A DNA stretch of 64,000 bases from Strigamia acuminata (lineage: Eukaryota), in contig OX442314.1 of NCBI GenBank assembly GCA_949358305.1, positions 868,001-932,000 on the forward strand. The letters are read 5' to 3'. Position 1 is the stretch's first letter, and every line of letters begins with the position of its first letter. Below are positions 12,901 through 25,100 of the stretch, piece by piece. The position numbers and the translations under genes are program-made. The notes under the pieces are model-generated. The model had not been told where the DNA came from. It worked only from the letters and a program-made list of their open reading frames with translations, and did not search any database.

Positions 12901-14296
12901 AACACAAATTCTGTGGATGGTACACGGCCACCCTCTAGCCGGACACGCCGGCGTGGCAAGGACTCTCTACCGGGCCAGTCAACTGTACTATTGGCCCGAA
13001 ATGAGAAGGGACATCGTACGATTCATACGACACTGTCCACGATGCCAAGCCTGCAAGCCTCGGAATAAGGCTAACTACGAGAATTTATCACTTGGACCGT
13101 TCGCCCCTTTTGATTGTTGGAGCGTAGACCTTATGGGTCCTAAGATAACAAGTGCAAATAGCCACAAATACATACTCGTGATCATGGATGTCGCAACAGG
13201 ATGGCCAGAGTTGTATCCGATGGCCCACCCGACTAAGCAGAAAATAATCCAGTGCCTCTACGAAGTCGCGTTACATTTTGGCTTCCCGCGGAAATTAATT
13301 TCCGATAATGGCCCACAATTCGCATCAAGGTTATACAAGGATTTCTGCAATCAATTCGACATTCAACCATCATTTACTTCAACGTATAACCCACGGGCTA
13401 ATCCCGTGGAGCGACTCAACCGCGACATAAAATATGCGCTTGCTATTTTCACAGACGTACATTCCAAGTGGGACGAGTTTCTTAAAGAAATAGCATTTAG
13501 CATCCGAACGACCATTTCGAGAAACCGCGGCTTTTCCCCGGCTTATCTCAACTTCGCTCGAGAGCTACGAGTGCCCTGGGATCCACGCATCCCAGAAGGA
13601 ATTCGAAAAGTCGATCCAAAAAATCCTCACATTTACGTACATCAACTAGAACAAGCAATTTCGGCAACCTACCAACATATGATGTCACATGTGTTTGACA
13701 TGCGCGAACGAGTGAAAAAGTCTGAAAAGAACACACAATTTTGTAATTTCAAAATCAACGATCTCGTATGGAAAGACACTCACATTTTATCCAGTGCAGA
13801 TAAAGGGATTCATGCCGGCTTAGCCGACAAACGAGACGGCCCATACGTAATTACCAAGGCCCACGGCGGGAACGCATTTTCTCTGCAACGTTTGGCCGAT
13901 AATGTAAATTTTCGATCAATCCACGCTCGAGAACTGACGCCTTACTTGCCGGAATTTCCACAAGAAGAATGGGCCGAGGACCAAACGCAGCCATCTCCAT
14001 CGCCCACAATACGAGATATGTTCGACGACATCGCCACTGTTTCAGACTTGAACGAAAATACGACTCACGCAACTCCAGACAGCGCCGAACTAACTAGCGC
14101 CCCAGATGGAAATTTAGGAGGGGAGGAAGCAGCAGTTAACGAAGAAACTCCTAAAACTCCTGAAAAAGAAAAAGAGATTACTAAAAGATCCACACGATCG
14201 AGAAGTAAAATACCGAAACCTATAACACGACAAAGTACAAGAAAAAAGGCACCAAACCCGTTTATAAAGGACGGTAAAATCACCGGGAGGACATGA
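9869..14296 (+). CDS. pol: Pol polyprotein (protease, RT, RNase H, integrase), -1 frame relative to gag
   Basis: LLDSGAD protease; MPFGLVNAPATFQR and YLDD RT; TDAS/ELECLA/TDHQAL RNase H; H-H-CPRC zinc finger and VDL/SDNG/VERLN integrase; uninterrupted ORF. Confidence 0.98.
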   Translation: MPKTKEEEGREGSRQKRRIVRKANSQIRRTDKKLVKADREKIINLSARPEDQTPKFTKNTTINQAINEVITEEVVKLKLKLKEKKSKEIETNNKEISDSSSEDELKAKWINTNWLEKQIKELQKKVVYFTTAYFTTEKREYSGPTTNTADGEKIAETFQELPHAYEEAPPRKKRILHCNLVKERKDSLAMLTIKFNDKKFIGLLDSGADRSFISSDLYESLDKKQRDKLRGISENVAVKTAAGEVRPVGVLTTKVIWEGGVITHPFIVLPTYDTVLLLGMDIMAIMEIQPNPITRSWNYIDKREDPRLMTVPTELLDSNDEEDEWKGGNLKQFVQDYDFKSFNARLQEGNLAHNLAMDANLGETQTKLLEEMLQKHRKILTKEPGKTNYVKHEIELSTDKPVRVPFKGMNPQKREIVKTICQDLLDKGIVSEALGEYAMRIVLVMRAGSEPRLCIDYRPLNAITVIDPVQMPSIEAILRELAPFNWVTTMDLSKGYWQVELRAEDKEKTAFWSPMGRLMFNVMPFGLVNAPATFQRLIEKVLGDALHKYAWAYLDDIIIVSQTFDEHIRHIDEVIRRLAKAGLHIHPGKSQFCRKELAFLGYKVGVNGLSIDPKKVRAITDFPAPTDVKGVQRFLGMVNFFGRLLPHLAEVAAPITDLLKTVQKINPKEDPPKDPEIKFNWTSHCEAAFDKIKQMLIDTKTIPLPDLNREFILHTDASKIGLGAALMQMHEIDGIHQEVPTIFISRKIQAAEKNYSATELECLAIVWAVRKFRPYLEFTKFTVQTDHQALRWFMGLKEPSGRMARWQLELMAYDLQIEYKPGKYNTVADALSRAPASEPDEPDDDGDDDSRIAYCPTPIRKWEFRKQNELPKEKLESSDEKYVGYWMRAYQSAKDARPNYDLSIEPRVSDKFVRAFVTHVSKGTNCVPPTREELVEAQKNDTAFCKRFYDYLTNETFPGDVYSEESREEFKIKASAYLIDDGLLLKYHPNFRDDLTESGSSIKVVIPRKVRTQILWMVHGHPLAGHAGVARTLYRASQLYYWPEMRRDIVRFIRHCPRCQACKPRNKANYENLSLGPFAPFDCWSVDLMGPKITSANSHKYILVIMDVATGWPELYPMAHPTKQKIIQCLYEVALHFGFPRKLISDNGPQFASRLYKDFCNQFDIQPSFTSTYNPRANPVERLNRDIKYALAIFTDVHSKWDEFLKEIAFSIRTTISRNRGFSPAYLNFARELRVPWDPRIPEGIRKVDPKNPHIYVHQLEQAISATYQHMMSHVFDMRERVKKSEKNTQFCNFKINDLVWKDTHILSSADKGIHAGLADKRDGPYVITKAHGGNAFSLQRLADNVNFRSIHARELTPYLPEFPQEEWAEDQTQPSPSPTIRDMFDDIATVSDLNENTTHATPDSAELTSAPDGNLGGEEAAVNEETPKTPEKEKEITKRSTRSRSKIPKPITRQSTRKKAPNPFIKDGKITGRT

Positions 14297-14542
14297 TAAA
14301 GCAAGAAAAATCCAAAATGGTTGGCATAACCAATCAAAAGCGATAAAACAATATGACGTAATTACCCCGACCTCCTAGGGACAAAAACAATCACAAGGAG
14401 ACTCCAACAATCAACTACGTATTACATACGAAAGCCAATCAAGATACTTAACCTCGACTACCCTTTCAACTTTGCACTCCGCGTTCTGTCACGACGACAA
14501 CAGGTGCTTGACAAAAATCGCAACCAACAAATTGAATCAAAA

Positions 14543-17458
14543 ATGCGAAGAAACTGGAAGCAATCACCCGACAACGAAGAGGAAGAAATGGATCGGGACC
14601 CAAGCGAAGACGAATGGAACGATCCCGCAAGATGGGACGAGGTTGAACCGGAAGAAAATCGGGAAAAGCCCGATGGAAACGAAAAGGTAAAAATAACAAA
14701 GAATTTAATTTGTGGCTAAACCACAAAAATACGTGAAACAAGATTCATAAAAGAAAACATCTTTATGTCAACAAACGAAAAATGACACGAGCCATTATTT
14801 AAGATTCAACACGTGTAAAAAGCACATGGTCGACCATGGCGCCATCTTGAATCCAAATTCGGAATTTAACAAAAATCTAATTTTTATGTATTCATTCCTC
14901 AGCCGGAACACCAACTTACGTGGGGACCCATCGATCCGCAAAACGTGTCTTCGGGTACACTCTGGAGAAGCGAAATTCCGACCCCATTTCGAAGAGCGTT
15001 AGAGGACGACGTCGACACCGGACCATGGAAAATTCGGCTCACTTCATCCCGAGCCCGATCGCGATTTTGGGCAAGTCAGGAGACCCTGATACACTACTTC
15101 CCAGAAAAGATGCGCGACGCACTGAGGACTGAAATTCCAGAACGCGACGACGCACCAGCACCACTCCCAAACAAGTTTTTGGAAAAGGACTATCCAAGCG
15201 AGCCCGAAGAGTGGGCTGTCCTCGAGAGGTGGCAAAACGCCGCTACAGACGAAGAGCGCCGACAAATACACAGAGACTATTACAACGAAGTCAGACGGAC
15301 GGCGTATCGAGATCTCTTCAAAATACTGAAACCAGCAGGGTATTCGACAGATGAGATAAAAACTTGGTTAAGCCAGGTTCGAGGAGAAAGACCAGACGTT
15401 CCCAACTGGCGACCCGAACACGGATTTATCACCTCACAGAAAGCAATGCACCAGCTCCACTACCTGGGCATCTTTGGGCGCAAGCGACAAAAAGCGGAGA
15501 AGCGACTCTCGAGCGAGTTGTTGAATAACACACACGACAACAAGCGACGACGCCTGGATCAGCCAAGCACGTCGTACAACACGCAAGATCGATCGCAGTC
15601 ACATCCTCGAGTTTATTACCGACACGCTCGAGAACCCTCACCGCGACGAGAACCCAGAGTCGAGAGACCACGAGAGGTTGAGACTTACCGCTACTCCAGG
15701 AATCGACCGAACCAACGCGGATGCCTCAGGTTATCAAGGCCACGAGCGGAAACATGGGGACGCTTTGAGAGATCACGTGAAGTCGATGAGGTAGAGACTC
15801 TGCAAGTGGAAGTTCGACAAGAAGTGCCAATAACGATCGAACACGAACAATCGGTAGAGCCGATGATCGTACCCGAACAAGAAAAACTTTACACCGAAGC
15901 CGATATGGTAGCAGCCGTCCTGAAAGTCAAGAACGAACAGGCGAAACCCGTCTATCGGCCGACCAAATCAATCGAGATGAGTGTAACATCGGTACCAAGC
16001 GCATTCATCAAGGCGCCAACAAAACCAGTTAGTAGCGTACCTTCTAGTCTGCCCAGCGCATTCCGAAAGACTGTGATTATCGGAACCCCAACATCGCTGA
16101 GTCCCTTTGAACAACTTAAACGACGACAAGATCGTTTTGGACCCATTTTCCCGGCCGTACCGGAAGAAACGCGAAGCGAAATTTCCACGTCGAGAACGCC
16201 GATTGTTTGGGATGAGCCCGAACCCGACATTCAACGAGTTTTAATTAATTCAAAGCAAGTGGCCGTGGCTAAAACCGATAAGAACGACCAAACGCCTTCA
16301 AAACCAACTTCCAATAACCAGTCTTCGGAGGTTCGAGCCACGATCCAGTTCGACCCAACGCCATACGATTTACAGTCGTTTCTCGACACAACCACGATCG
16401 AACAAGCGAAAGAGATGGTGTCCGACGTTGACGAATATCAAGCCAGGACCATGCAGATTGCGATAACAAACATCCAAAGTGCAGCCATAGAGTTCATCAA
16501 GAGCCCTGGACGAGATCATCCGTCACGGACAGCGCGCACAACGGTCGTACTCACGGACATGATGTCGCTCGTATTGGCCGCGTCCACATTTAGAAACGCC
16601 CGTGTAGCGTTGGCAGCCTGGGCAGTCGTCGCACATGAAAGCTTTCTGTTGCCTCCCGCTCTCATCGAACGATGGCTAAAGTTAGTCCCTTCCTGTATCC
16701 AGGTTCGCGCGCAGTTAGTTGCGGAGGACGTCGACCCGGAGCAATCATATCAAGCGGTCCGAACTGTGGCTTTACCACAGAGCGAACCAGTCGTATTAAT
16801 CAACGAACCTCTCCCTGAGACTCCGGCAAACCAGACAGTCCCGGCAGCCACTCCAGAGGAGACGATAAAGTTCCCCGAAGGACTGGTCCCGATCGAGGGC
16901 GTGAAAACAGTCGTCCGAAAATCGAAAGCGAAGCCGAAGATCCTGCGGCCCAAGAAAAGGATGGAGCCAAAGCCGTTGCCTCCAATCGATGCACATCTGA
17001 AGACGTATTATCCGAGCTTGACCATGACCAAGGGAACGAAGGATAAAATTAAGAAATCAAGCGATCATGGTCATTCGCTTTATGTGTGGATGGAACGCAC
17101 CCTCGAAGCGGGTCCGGGCGTCGATTTCATTCAACACCAACGTCTGTTGCGCGCCCACCGTGCCCCAAAGACTCCAGCCGAGGCCCAGAAGATCCACCAC
17201 ACGAATCAGGGCCTAGCTCCCTTCCTTTCACGTATTTGGATACACGAACGAGTCGGCGCCGCATACGAACCGGTTGGCGGCCACGATCGATATTTTATCG
17301 GAGAATTTGAAGATCCAAGCGACCGCTCGTCCCGTCTTACCTCTACTCCGCCGATCAGTAAACCCACAACTCCGAAGATGGCTGAACCATCCGTAACTGA
17401 AGAACTACCTCCACCTCCGCCTCCGGATGTTCCCCAGGGATCACCTGAGAAGAAGTAA
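14543..17458 (+). CDS. Retrotransposon ORF3, non-env, unknown function; predicted exons 14543-14686 and 14903-17458 (~899 aa)
   Basis: Open frame 14903-17458 inside the element; phase-0 intron AAG|GTAAAA (14687) to TTCATTCCTCAG (14902) joins it in frame to an ATG exon; no signal peptide or clear TM anchor. Confidence 0.75.
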
Positions 17459-17525
17459 AGTGAAATCTAACTTTGAGTTTTCGCAATGTTTGTTGTTTTA
17501 TTGTAAATCCCCCAACAACATTGCT

Positions 17526-17537
17526 GAGGAGGGGACG
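17526..17537 (+). promoter_or_regulatory. Polypurine tract
   Basis: GAGGAGGGGACG directly before the 3' LTR. Confidence 0.9.
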
Positions 17538-18147
17538 TGTGGTGACCACGAGGTCACAAAAGTGTTTTAATAATTTATAATTCAATAAATAATGATTTTA
17601 GTATTCATAATAAAATATTGTCAGATCATTACGGGAAAACTAGCTATACTAGTTTTACCGTTTCTGCGGGACTGACGTGACAACGTCATGAATTTGCATA
17701 ATTCTCCGAATTTAGGCAAATACGTCATTTCCGGTCCAGCCAGTATTTAAACCCGTGTCTGACCGGAAACCCGCCACTTTATAGATACCAGAGCAACATT
17801 AGCATCACCACCTCACCGTCAGGCCGTTTTACCGGATTGATAGAGGATCGATGCCCGTTGCCAATTACATCTATAAATCAGAGTCACAGATATTATCGTA
17901 GCAATACTACGATCGTAATATCTCCCGAAGCGAAGCGTTTGCGAACACGTGTTTCGCCAGACGCCATTACCCTAGACAACAGTAGAAGCCACGTGTAAGA
18001 CTGCCGTGCAGCAACAAATCGTATCCGCCAGCAAGGATCCGAGACCACATTGTTAAGTATCATTATTGTATTATTACAAGTGTGAAATAAAGGGTGTTAT
18101 TAGTAAGATATTGTGTAAGTTTATTTACCGGAATCAAGGTTACGACA
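17538..18147 (+). repeat. 3' LTR (610 bp)
   Basis: No difference from 5' LTR seen by eye; followed by TSD TCCT. Confidence 0.97.
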
Positions 18148-19214
18148 TCCTTTATCTTACAAGAAAGGTAGGTCTGCCTTATATTTCATACTTTTGCTTC
18201 CCATTCCCTTCCCTTCCTCCACCTTCTTCTTCCTGCTCTGAGAAAGTACTTTTGAAAAATGGTTCACTGTCTTCGAATTACTGTGGATCACATTTCGCCC
18301 ACCATCCATTTCGGTGTCTTCCCCGAGCAATTTTGAGCGAAAGCACGCGCAAATCCATATCAAATAAACAGAAAATGAACAAGAAAATGAAAAATCCATT
18401 CAAGACCACCTACGTGTGTTCCCATTAATGAATCCATTGCTGCCGAGCCCGAGCGGGTACAAGGATTGTCCATTTATCAATTCACTGCACTAATTATCCA
18501 TTTCGTTTCTTCCAACGAATCCGACATTTTCACTCAACGTGCGCTTTGCATTTTACGGCAAAACATTTGGGAGTAATCGTTCGATTCAATGACCTTAGCC
18601 CCACCTACAAAGGGCACTGACCTATGCTTTTAATTCCTCACGTCGACTCCAATTCGGTTATCAATTCCTATCCATATAATTGATAGTTGTTGATTATTAT
18701 TTCACCTCTATTTTTTTTTAGGATATAAAAACACAAAATAAAAAATCCTCAAAACTCCACCGATCTGCTTAACTACACAAAACGATAAATCCAGTGCAAA
18801 TGAGTCATTTTTGACGTCGGTCTAAATAAATTTTAGAATTATGCAAATTAGAATTATCGATTTTTCAATTTTTTTTCAATTTTTCGCTAAAAACGCTTTA
18901 AAAATGAGAAAGCACACAAGAAAAACAATATTTACCATTTTAAAACGATTTTCCCGTATTGTTTCTCCACTTTGAAGCTTCTGACAACAAATGAAATGGA
19001 AAATATGCAAATTAATTTCACGTGTCCCAGTCGTCATTTTCGTATAAATACCCCAGAAAAACTGCTTCATCCTCACTCAGGTTTCTCATTCGCTTCAGAA
19101 CCATCAACAGTCAGTCTCCAGCAATGTAAGTACACGACAAACCATAGTTTAATATTTTAAAAATTTTATATTTTTAATTTTCTTTTTATTCTAGCTCTAC
19201 TATAACCAAGTATT

Positions 19215-19855
19215 ATGGCTCGATTCGTTCTATCTTTCCTCCTCCTCTCGATGGTGGTTCTCGCCTTTGTGGCAGCCAAAACCCCCACTAAATCCAGCAA
19301 GACTGTTCGAAGCGGTGAAAAATACATGAAATCCGTACGAGATGTCCCGAAACCTAAGTCCTACGCCAAATCAGCGAGCAAATCCTTCGTGAAATACACC
19401 GCCGGTGTTAAGGCTCAACCGAAACGTGTGGAAAAATATCAACAAGAATCTGCATGCGCTCAATACGTTAAGCCACGTAAAGAAAAAGCCCAGGATTGCC
19501 TTGCTGAAACCAAAATGGCTTCTAGTTCTTACGAAGAACCAAAAGTAAATATTAAAACATTTTAAAGCTTAAAAAAAATAATTTATTTTTTATTTTCTGA
19601 TAGGAATCTGAAGTCGAAGCTACACCGGAAGTGTACTGCTCCAAATGCTGCACTTCTTGCCACTGCAGTTCCGAGTTTCCAGTGATCAACATCAACACTT
19701 ATCCACCAAATTACGTGCCAACCGACGAGACAATGACAGCCGAGGAAGAGGAAGAAACCGTGGAAACTGAAGACACCGAAACTGTCGAGGAAGAAGAAAC
19801 TGTAGAGGAAGAATCGACTTGGCTAAGATTATGTTCTACTGAAAAAAATTGCTAA
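19215..19855 (+). CDS. Secreted orphan protein, 193 aa (coding exons 19215-19544, 19604-19855)
   Basis: TATA ~19043, 5'UTR intron ~19126-19193, signal peptide MARFVLSFLLLSMVVLAFVAA, phase-0 GT-AG intron joining two ORFs in frame, AATAAA ~19954. Confidence 0.8.
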
Positions 19856-21435
19856 TTATTGTTTGTCTAACAACTTAATTGTCTATCCCACTGAAATGTA
19901 TATTTAATTTACTATTTACGTGTTCAAAATTACAAATTGTTCGTTGCGGAATTAATAAAATTCAAAAACAACCACAGCAAATCACGTTTGTTCCTTCCTC
20001 TAAGAAATTTTCTCATTGCGATTTGGCACAATAGAGGGCGAAACACATTGAATTGACAATGCTGCTCAAAGGGCGACCATTCTCAAATTTAACTTGCTGA
20101 CACATTGCCAAATTAGACAATGTTATTTTAATTCTGTCATCAAAACTTGTATCCTCAGACTAAGAAACAAACAGCTCGTTAAATAAATAAATAAATCGTT
20201 TGCTTAGCAACTTCTATCATGGATAAAAACAAAGATCAAATTTATTCCAAAATTTATTCTCCACTTTAAACAGCAAAAACTTACATTTAATTTTATTCAG
20301 CTACCGATTGATTACCGTGACAAACTGACGTTTTTTGATTGAAATCAAACACTCGAAGATTTACACCGTTGAATCAACGAAGCTTTTGAAACAAAACTGA
20401 ATTTATTTTCCTCTTAGCTACTCGATTCGATTTAAACCACATTTAAACCCGAGCCAATTTAGGTTTATCTCGAGACACTGCCCTCCAAACACGCCATTGT
20501 TCTTCCCACATTATTTCCATTATCAATTCAAGCGATTCACTGCAAACGAGGAATTAAACCCAATTTGGACTTCAAAACCACTAACTTACGTCCAAACATT
20601 CCTAAGTGCTTCCGGAAAGGTGAATAATCGCTGCATTTCTCATTATTTAAAAAAATGTAATCAAATACACAGACACAAAGACACAAACAAAAATTTTCAC
20701 GCGTTTATTAAAAGCCTCTTTGTCACGCCATGTTTCACACGTTCTCTAGTGGAGTGGAGAACAGTGCATTTCAGGCGTCGCTAAAGTGAACTAATCCGAA
20801 AATAATAAATGTAGAAAATCCATCCCCTTCTTTGCTCTGTCGTACTTCCTTCTCAGTTCTCTACATTTGTTAACTTCAATGATAGCAACATTAGCATCAA
20901 TTGCAACATTTGCCTTTCAATGTCCATAGGTAACTTCTTTGAAGCCTTTCCTGGTCTTTCTAAAAAAATTGTTGTTTAAAATGTGCTCGTAATTATTTGT
21001 GCGATAAATTCTAGTACGATAGCTTTTTGAAGTGTTCCAACTGTGAATTAAATTCGTGCCTTTGATGAGCAACACTCTCAACAGCACGTGATTTCTGTGT
21101 TCTAAATCACATAAAAATTCGCATGGGTTCAATTCGATTCCCGGATGCGAATCCAAAACTACAATTTTGCACATTATTTATTCGAATTTTTTACAATCTT
21201 TGCAAATGTTTTCTCAAAATTATTTCTTTCTTTCTTTAATTTACACAAAAATTCACTAATTTCTCTCTCTCTATCTCAATGGTTGTTAGTTGAGTTGCCA
21301 CAGCAACACCCTTTCTCGCTTTCTCGCTCGTAGCAACTCCGAAAACGAGAGTACTGGAATTGCGCACGACCAACTCGAATAAATCGGAGAAAGATTGCAT
21401 CGCGAGTCTAAAAAATGCTCAAACCAAACTCAAAC

Positions 21436-22131
21436 TAAACTCAAAGACAGATGGCCCCAACAAATCTCTGTAGTCGTCTTATTGTTTTCTTTTCTGCGCA
21501 TGGGCAGAAGAACCGTTTTCAGCGAGTGACGCTAAACAATAATCTGTCACGTAATTTCATCTCGATCGGCACGAGGCGAGGTGAACAGCAAGATTTTGCT
21601 ATTCGACATGCTGTGTTCGTTTTTCACGTTATTTAATTCGGGTTTGATTTCCAAAAGGTTGATTCGTTTCATTAACACAGCATTAACATTTCCGCAAATT
21701 TCTCAGCAGGTTTGAATTCTTTGAAAAATGATCCATTTATTTTCTTACATTTGTTCTTAACGCCATTTTTAGGCCTACTATATAGGCCTACTTCGAATTG
21801 TATTTTCTTCAGTTACGTTACGGCTGAGTATACATTTGGCAAGAATATTATTTGATGTTTGGTTTGGTTAGTTTGGTTAGTTTGGTTTTAATTTTTCATT
21901 TGAAAATTTTTTGTCTTGTTTTCGTGATTGGCAATGACATTTGCCATTTTTTCGTGACATCAAGTGTTTAGTTTGAGAATTGATTTCTGAAACTTGGTTT
22001 TTATTTTCAAAGTGATCAGTGGCTCAGAGGATGGTCATAAACTTCAAAAATGACATTTTCCAGCAAAAATGACATTTTCCAGCAAAAAAAAAAATGCATT
22101 TGCAAATGGAGAAATACATTTTCAGATGGAA
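21436..22131 (+). repeat. Dispersed repeat, copy 2 of 73-773
   Basis: Direct sequence match; further shared blocks to ~23980. Confidence 0.9.
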
Positions 22132-25100
22132 GAATGGCTTTAGCAGGTTTACTGACATTCCATCAATTTTTTATGTTTGATTCTCTTATTTGTCTAATTT
22201 CTATTTTTCTATTTCTTGAGTAGTATTATGAAAATACTTTAAGGCAAAAGTTGGGATGTAGTTCTTAACCACTTTCATGCTTTATATTGCTACATGAACT
22301 GACATTCCAACTGAAATGACTTTCCTGAACAAGATAAGACAGTTTTTACATCATATCTCAATTAAGTAAAATTGAAATCACTTCTTTGACCTATAAAAGG
22401 GACTTATCTCTGCGTCTACATTTCTGCAATGTTGCAATGTTGCAGAACTGAACAGAAATGAACAGAATGTAAAAGAAATGTTGCTTTATTATGGGGGAAA
22501 TATGGCCTCTTCCTGATCCTGCTTTTGGGATTGAGAAAGTACAAACAGACTTATTGGTTATATAAGTTATAGATAGCATAAGCAATCAGAATAAATAGGC
22601 CCAACATAATAATGGTTATTCACATGATATCAAATGTTGAGTGGTGAGTAGTGCCAATTCTGGGAGACCAAGTGATCCAGTTTATGCACTAGCTTAAAGG
22701 TTGCACTTTATCTTTCGTCAATCTGGCCATTACCACTATTCCTGGTCCTTTGAAATATAAGCTGAGAAAGTAATGAAAAGCGCAGTCAAAGTCAGCTGAA
22801 AATCATAATCTTTATTGAGGATCTTTTTTTTTTACATCTTCAGGTCGTCTCCTCCATTAGCTTTTTGTAGTAGATTATTATTTTGTAATTACTGTACAGT
22901 TCTGTCAAACACTTGAACTGTCAATTTGATTAGAATGTGGGAGGATGTGTCTTTCTTTTGCTTCTTGTAGCGACTTGGTAATTCCTCAATAATAACTATT
23001 TTATTAATTTCCAATTTGCAATAATTTAATCTTTAAGCCTTTGTCCTTGACTAGTGATTCAATTTGTGATTGAAGTTGGCTTCACTGCTCAGCGCATCCA
23101 AGATAGCGACTGACAGAAAACAGTGTGATGAAACACAAGGCCATGGGTTGTTCAACCCACTTATATGCCTAAGACAAGTTAAATCAAGTTAAAAAAATAA
23201 CACTAGACTTTATTATCTTTAAATCCTTACGGTGACGACCACAACTCCTACCAAATGGTGCCAATTCCAATTTTTTGCTTCTTTTGCTTGGGATTTGTTT
23301 TTTTGATGTTCAGGTCTTCACATAAATTGGTGTGGAACTCTGCTTTCCCATATTCTTTATTACGTTCTGCACATAGCAAAGTGACAAAGAACCACTAACC
23401 TACCTATTCACCCACATTTGAAATTGCGATTAAGAAAAATGAAATACATGAGGCGACATTTCATGACCAAAATGCTCGGGAATATCAAGTGCATTTACTG
23501 CCTGCTTTTCCTTTCCTCCTCCTTTACTTTCTTTTCATTCTCTTAAATACTAAGTGTTATAGCACAATCGAAGGATACAAAAAATAAAATAAAAATACTG
23601 CATACAATATTCCACAATTTTTGCTTAATACTTGATGCACTGGAGTTCATAGCTCTCCCTCTTCCTCTTCTAATAATAATTAAGTTGACTAGACACTGTT
23701 CCAACTTCTTGTAATTACCAGAACCGTGCCTGTGTTCGTCGGATGATGTTGGAGCATATACGGGGGTGGGGGAACAGAATGGGAGAACAGAATTATCTCG
23801 TGTGAGGAGAAATACTATATAGCGATTATCGTAAGGCAAACGATTGGAAAAACAAATTTAATATGTCGTTCAATCATTGCTGGACTCAGGCCAAAAATAG
23901 TTTTTCTCGGAGTTTTGTAATTTCCAGGATCGTGCCTATGGGAATTAAGAAACTCGTCATGGATGAACGGGGCCATGCATAATAAACGTTAAATTTTAGT
24001 GTAAAAGCCTAAAAGAAATGGCCGACCAGAAAAAAATGCGAGAGCGACATCTCGTGACAGATTTCATCATCATTTGAATTGAAAGCGTCGTTGAAATATA
24101 CGGAGGACTATAAGAAATATTTGATAAAATTTGATAAATCAAATTTGTTTAATAATTTTTTAAAAATATTTAATATTTAAAACGATTAAATTAAATCAAA
24201 TTAAACGATAAAAATTATCAGAGATATTTTATCAAAACTCATTTATTCATGATAATTTCTTTGGATAACGGTGCTAAAAAACATCTAATTAAAAAAACTC
24301 CTAGAACAAGATTATACAAAATCTCACCCGTTTAAGTTGATGTTAATAGCGTGAGGGAGCGTAGGAATATTGGTCGGAGGAATAGAATTATTTGAGTTAA
24401 CAAAAACGTGATAAAGATAATCGTGACTGCAACTACTATGAATTTAACCAAACGCTCAAACATACTCGGGTTTAAACCTAAAATCGTTTTTTTCGGTTTT
24501 CTTTGTGAGGAATTAAGTCAATAGAATCAAGTGAACAAAAGTGTGGGATAAAGTGCAAATAAAGGGACGTTAAGTTTATCAAAACATATGACAATTTATT
24601 AAGACTAAACGGAATTTATATAAAACTAAGGCCGACAAACGGCCGATAAACGTGAATGAAATTAAACTATACAAAAATGCGGCTAAAAGCTCTAAAATAA
24701 TGTCAAAGTTAACGGGTGTTTTCAGCCTTGAAATTGTAGGACACCCGAAATAATGTTGAAATGCAGTAGAAATAATAAATAATAAGCCGGGAAACACGAG
24801 TATCCTGCACAAACCGCGTCGACTGCAAGGTCCGTGGCCTGGCTTCTCTACCGACATTACTGGATTATTTGATTTATAGTTCCGTTAGACATTTGTATCA
24901 CGAAAAACCGGAACCATGGTCGGGGCGAAAATCAGTAGGCGGGTTAATCGTTCAAACATAGGAGGAGGCATACCGAGAATTTTGTTTGTTTGCTTTGGAA
25001 CTTGAGGAGGTTGCTGATCCGGTGGGTGAAAATAAGGATAAGAATTCAAAACAGGGTCATTAAAAGGAGGCGACATTGCAATACTCTTGTAGTGATCCTG

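Larger units (their letters stand above)
6759..18147 (+). mobile_element. Full-length Ty3/Gypsy LTR retrotransposon (11,389 bp) with gag, pol and a third ORF
   Basis: Direct repeats 6759-7368 and 17538-18147 (TGTGGTGACC...GGTTACGACA); TSD TCCT at 6755-6758 and 18148-18151; PBS; PPT; pol order PR-RT-RH-IN. Confidence 0.98.

Noticed and set aside
7406..14337. Antisense ORFs over gag-pol
   Set aside because: Short shadows of the coding strand without motifs
14945..17458. ORF3 as envelope protein
   Set aside because: No signal peptide, no clear TM anchor, very few Cys
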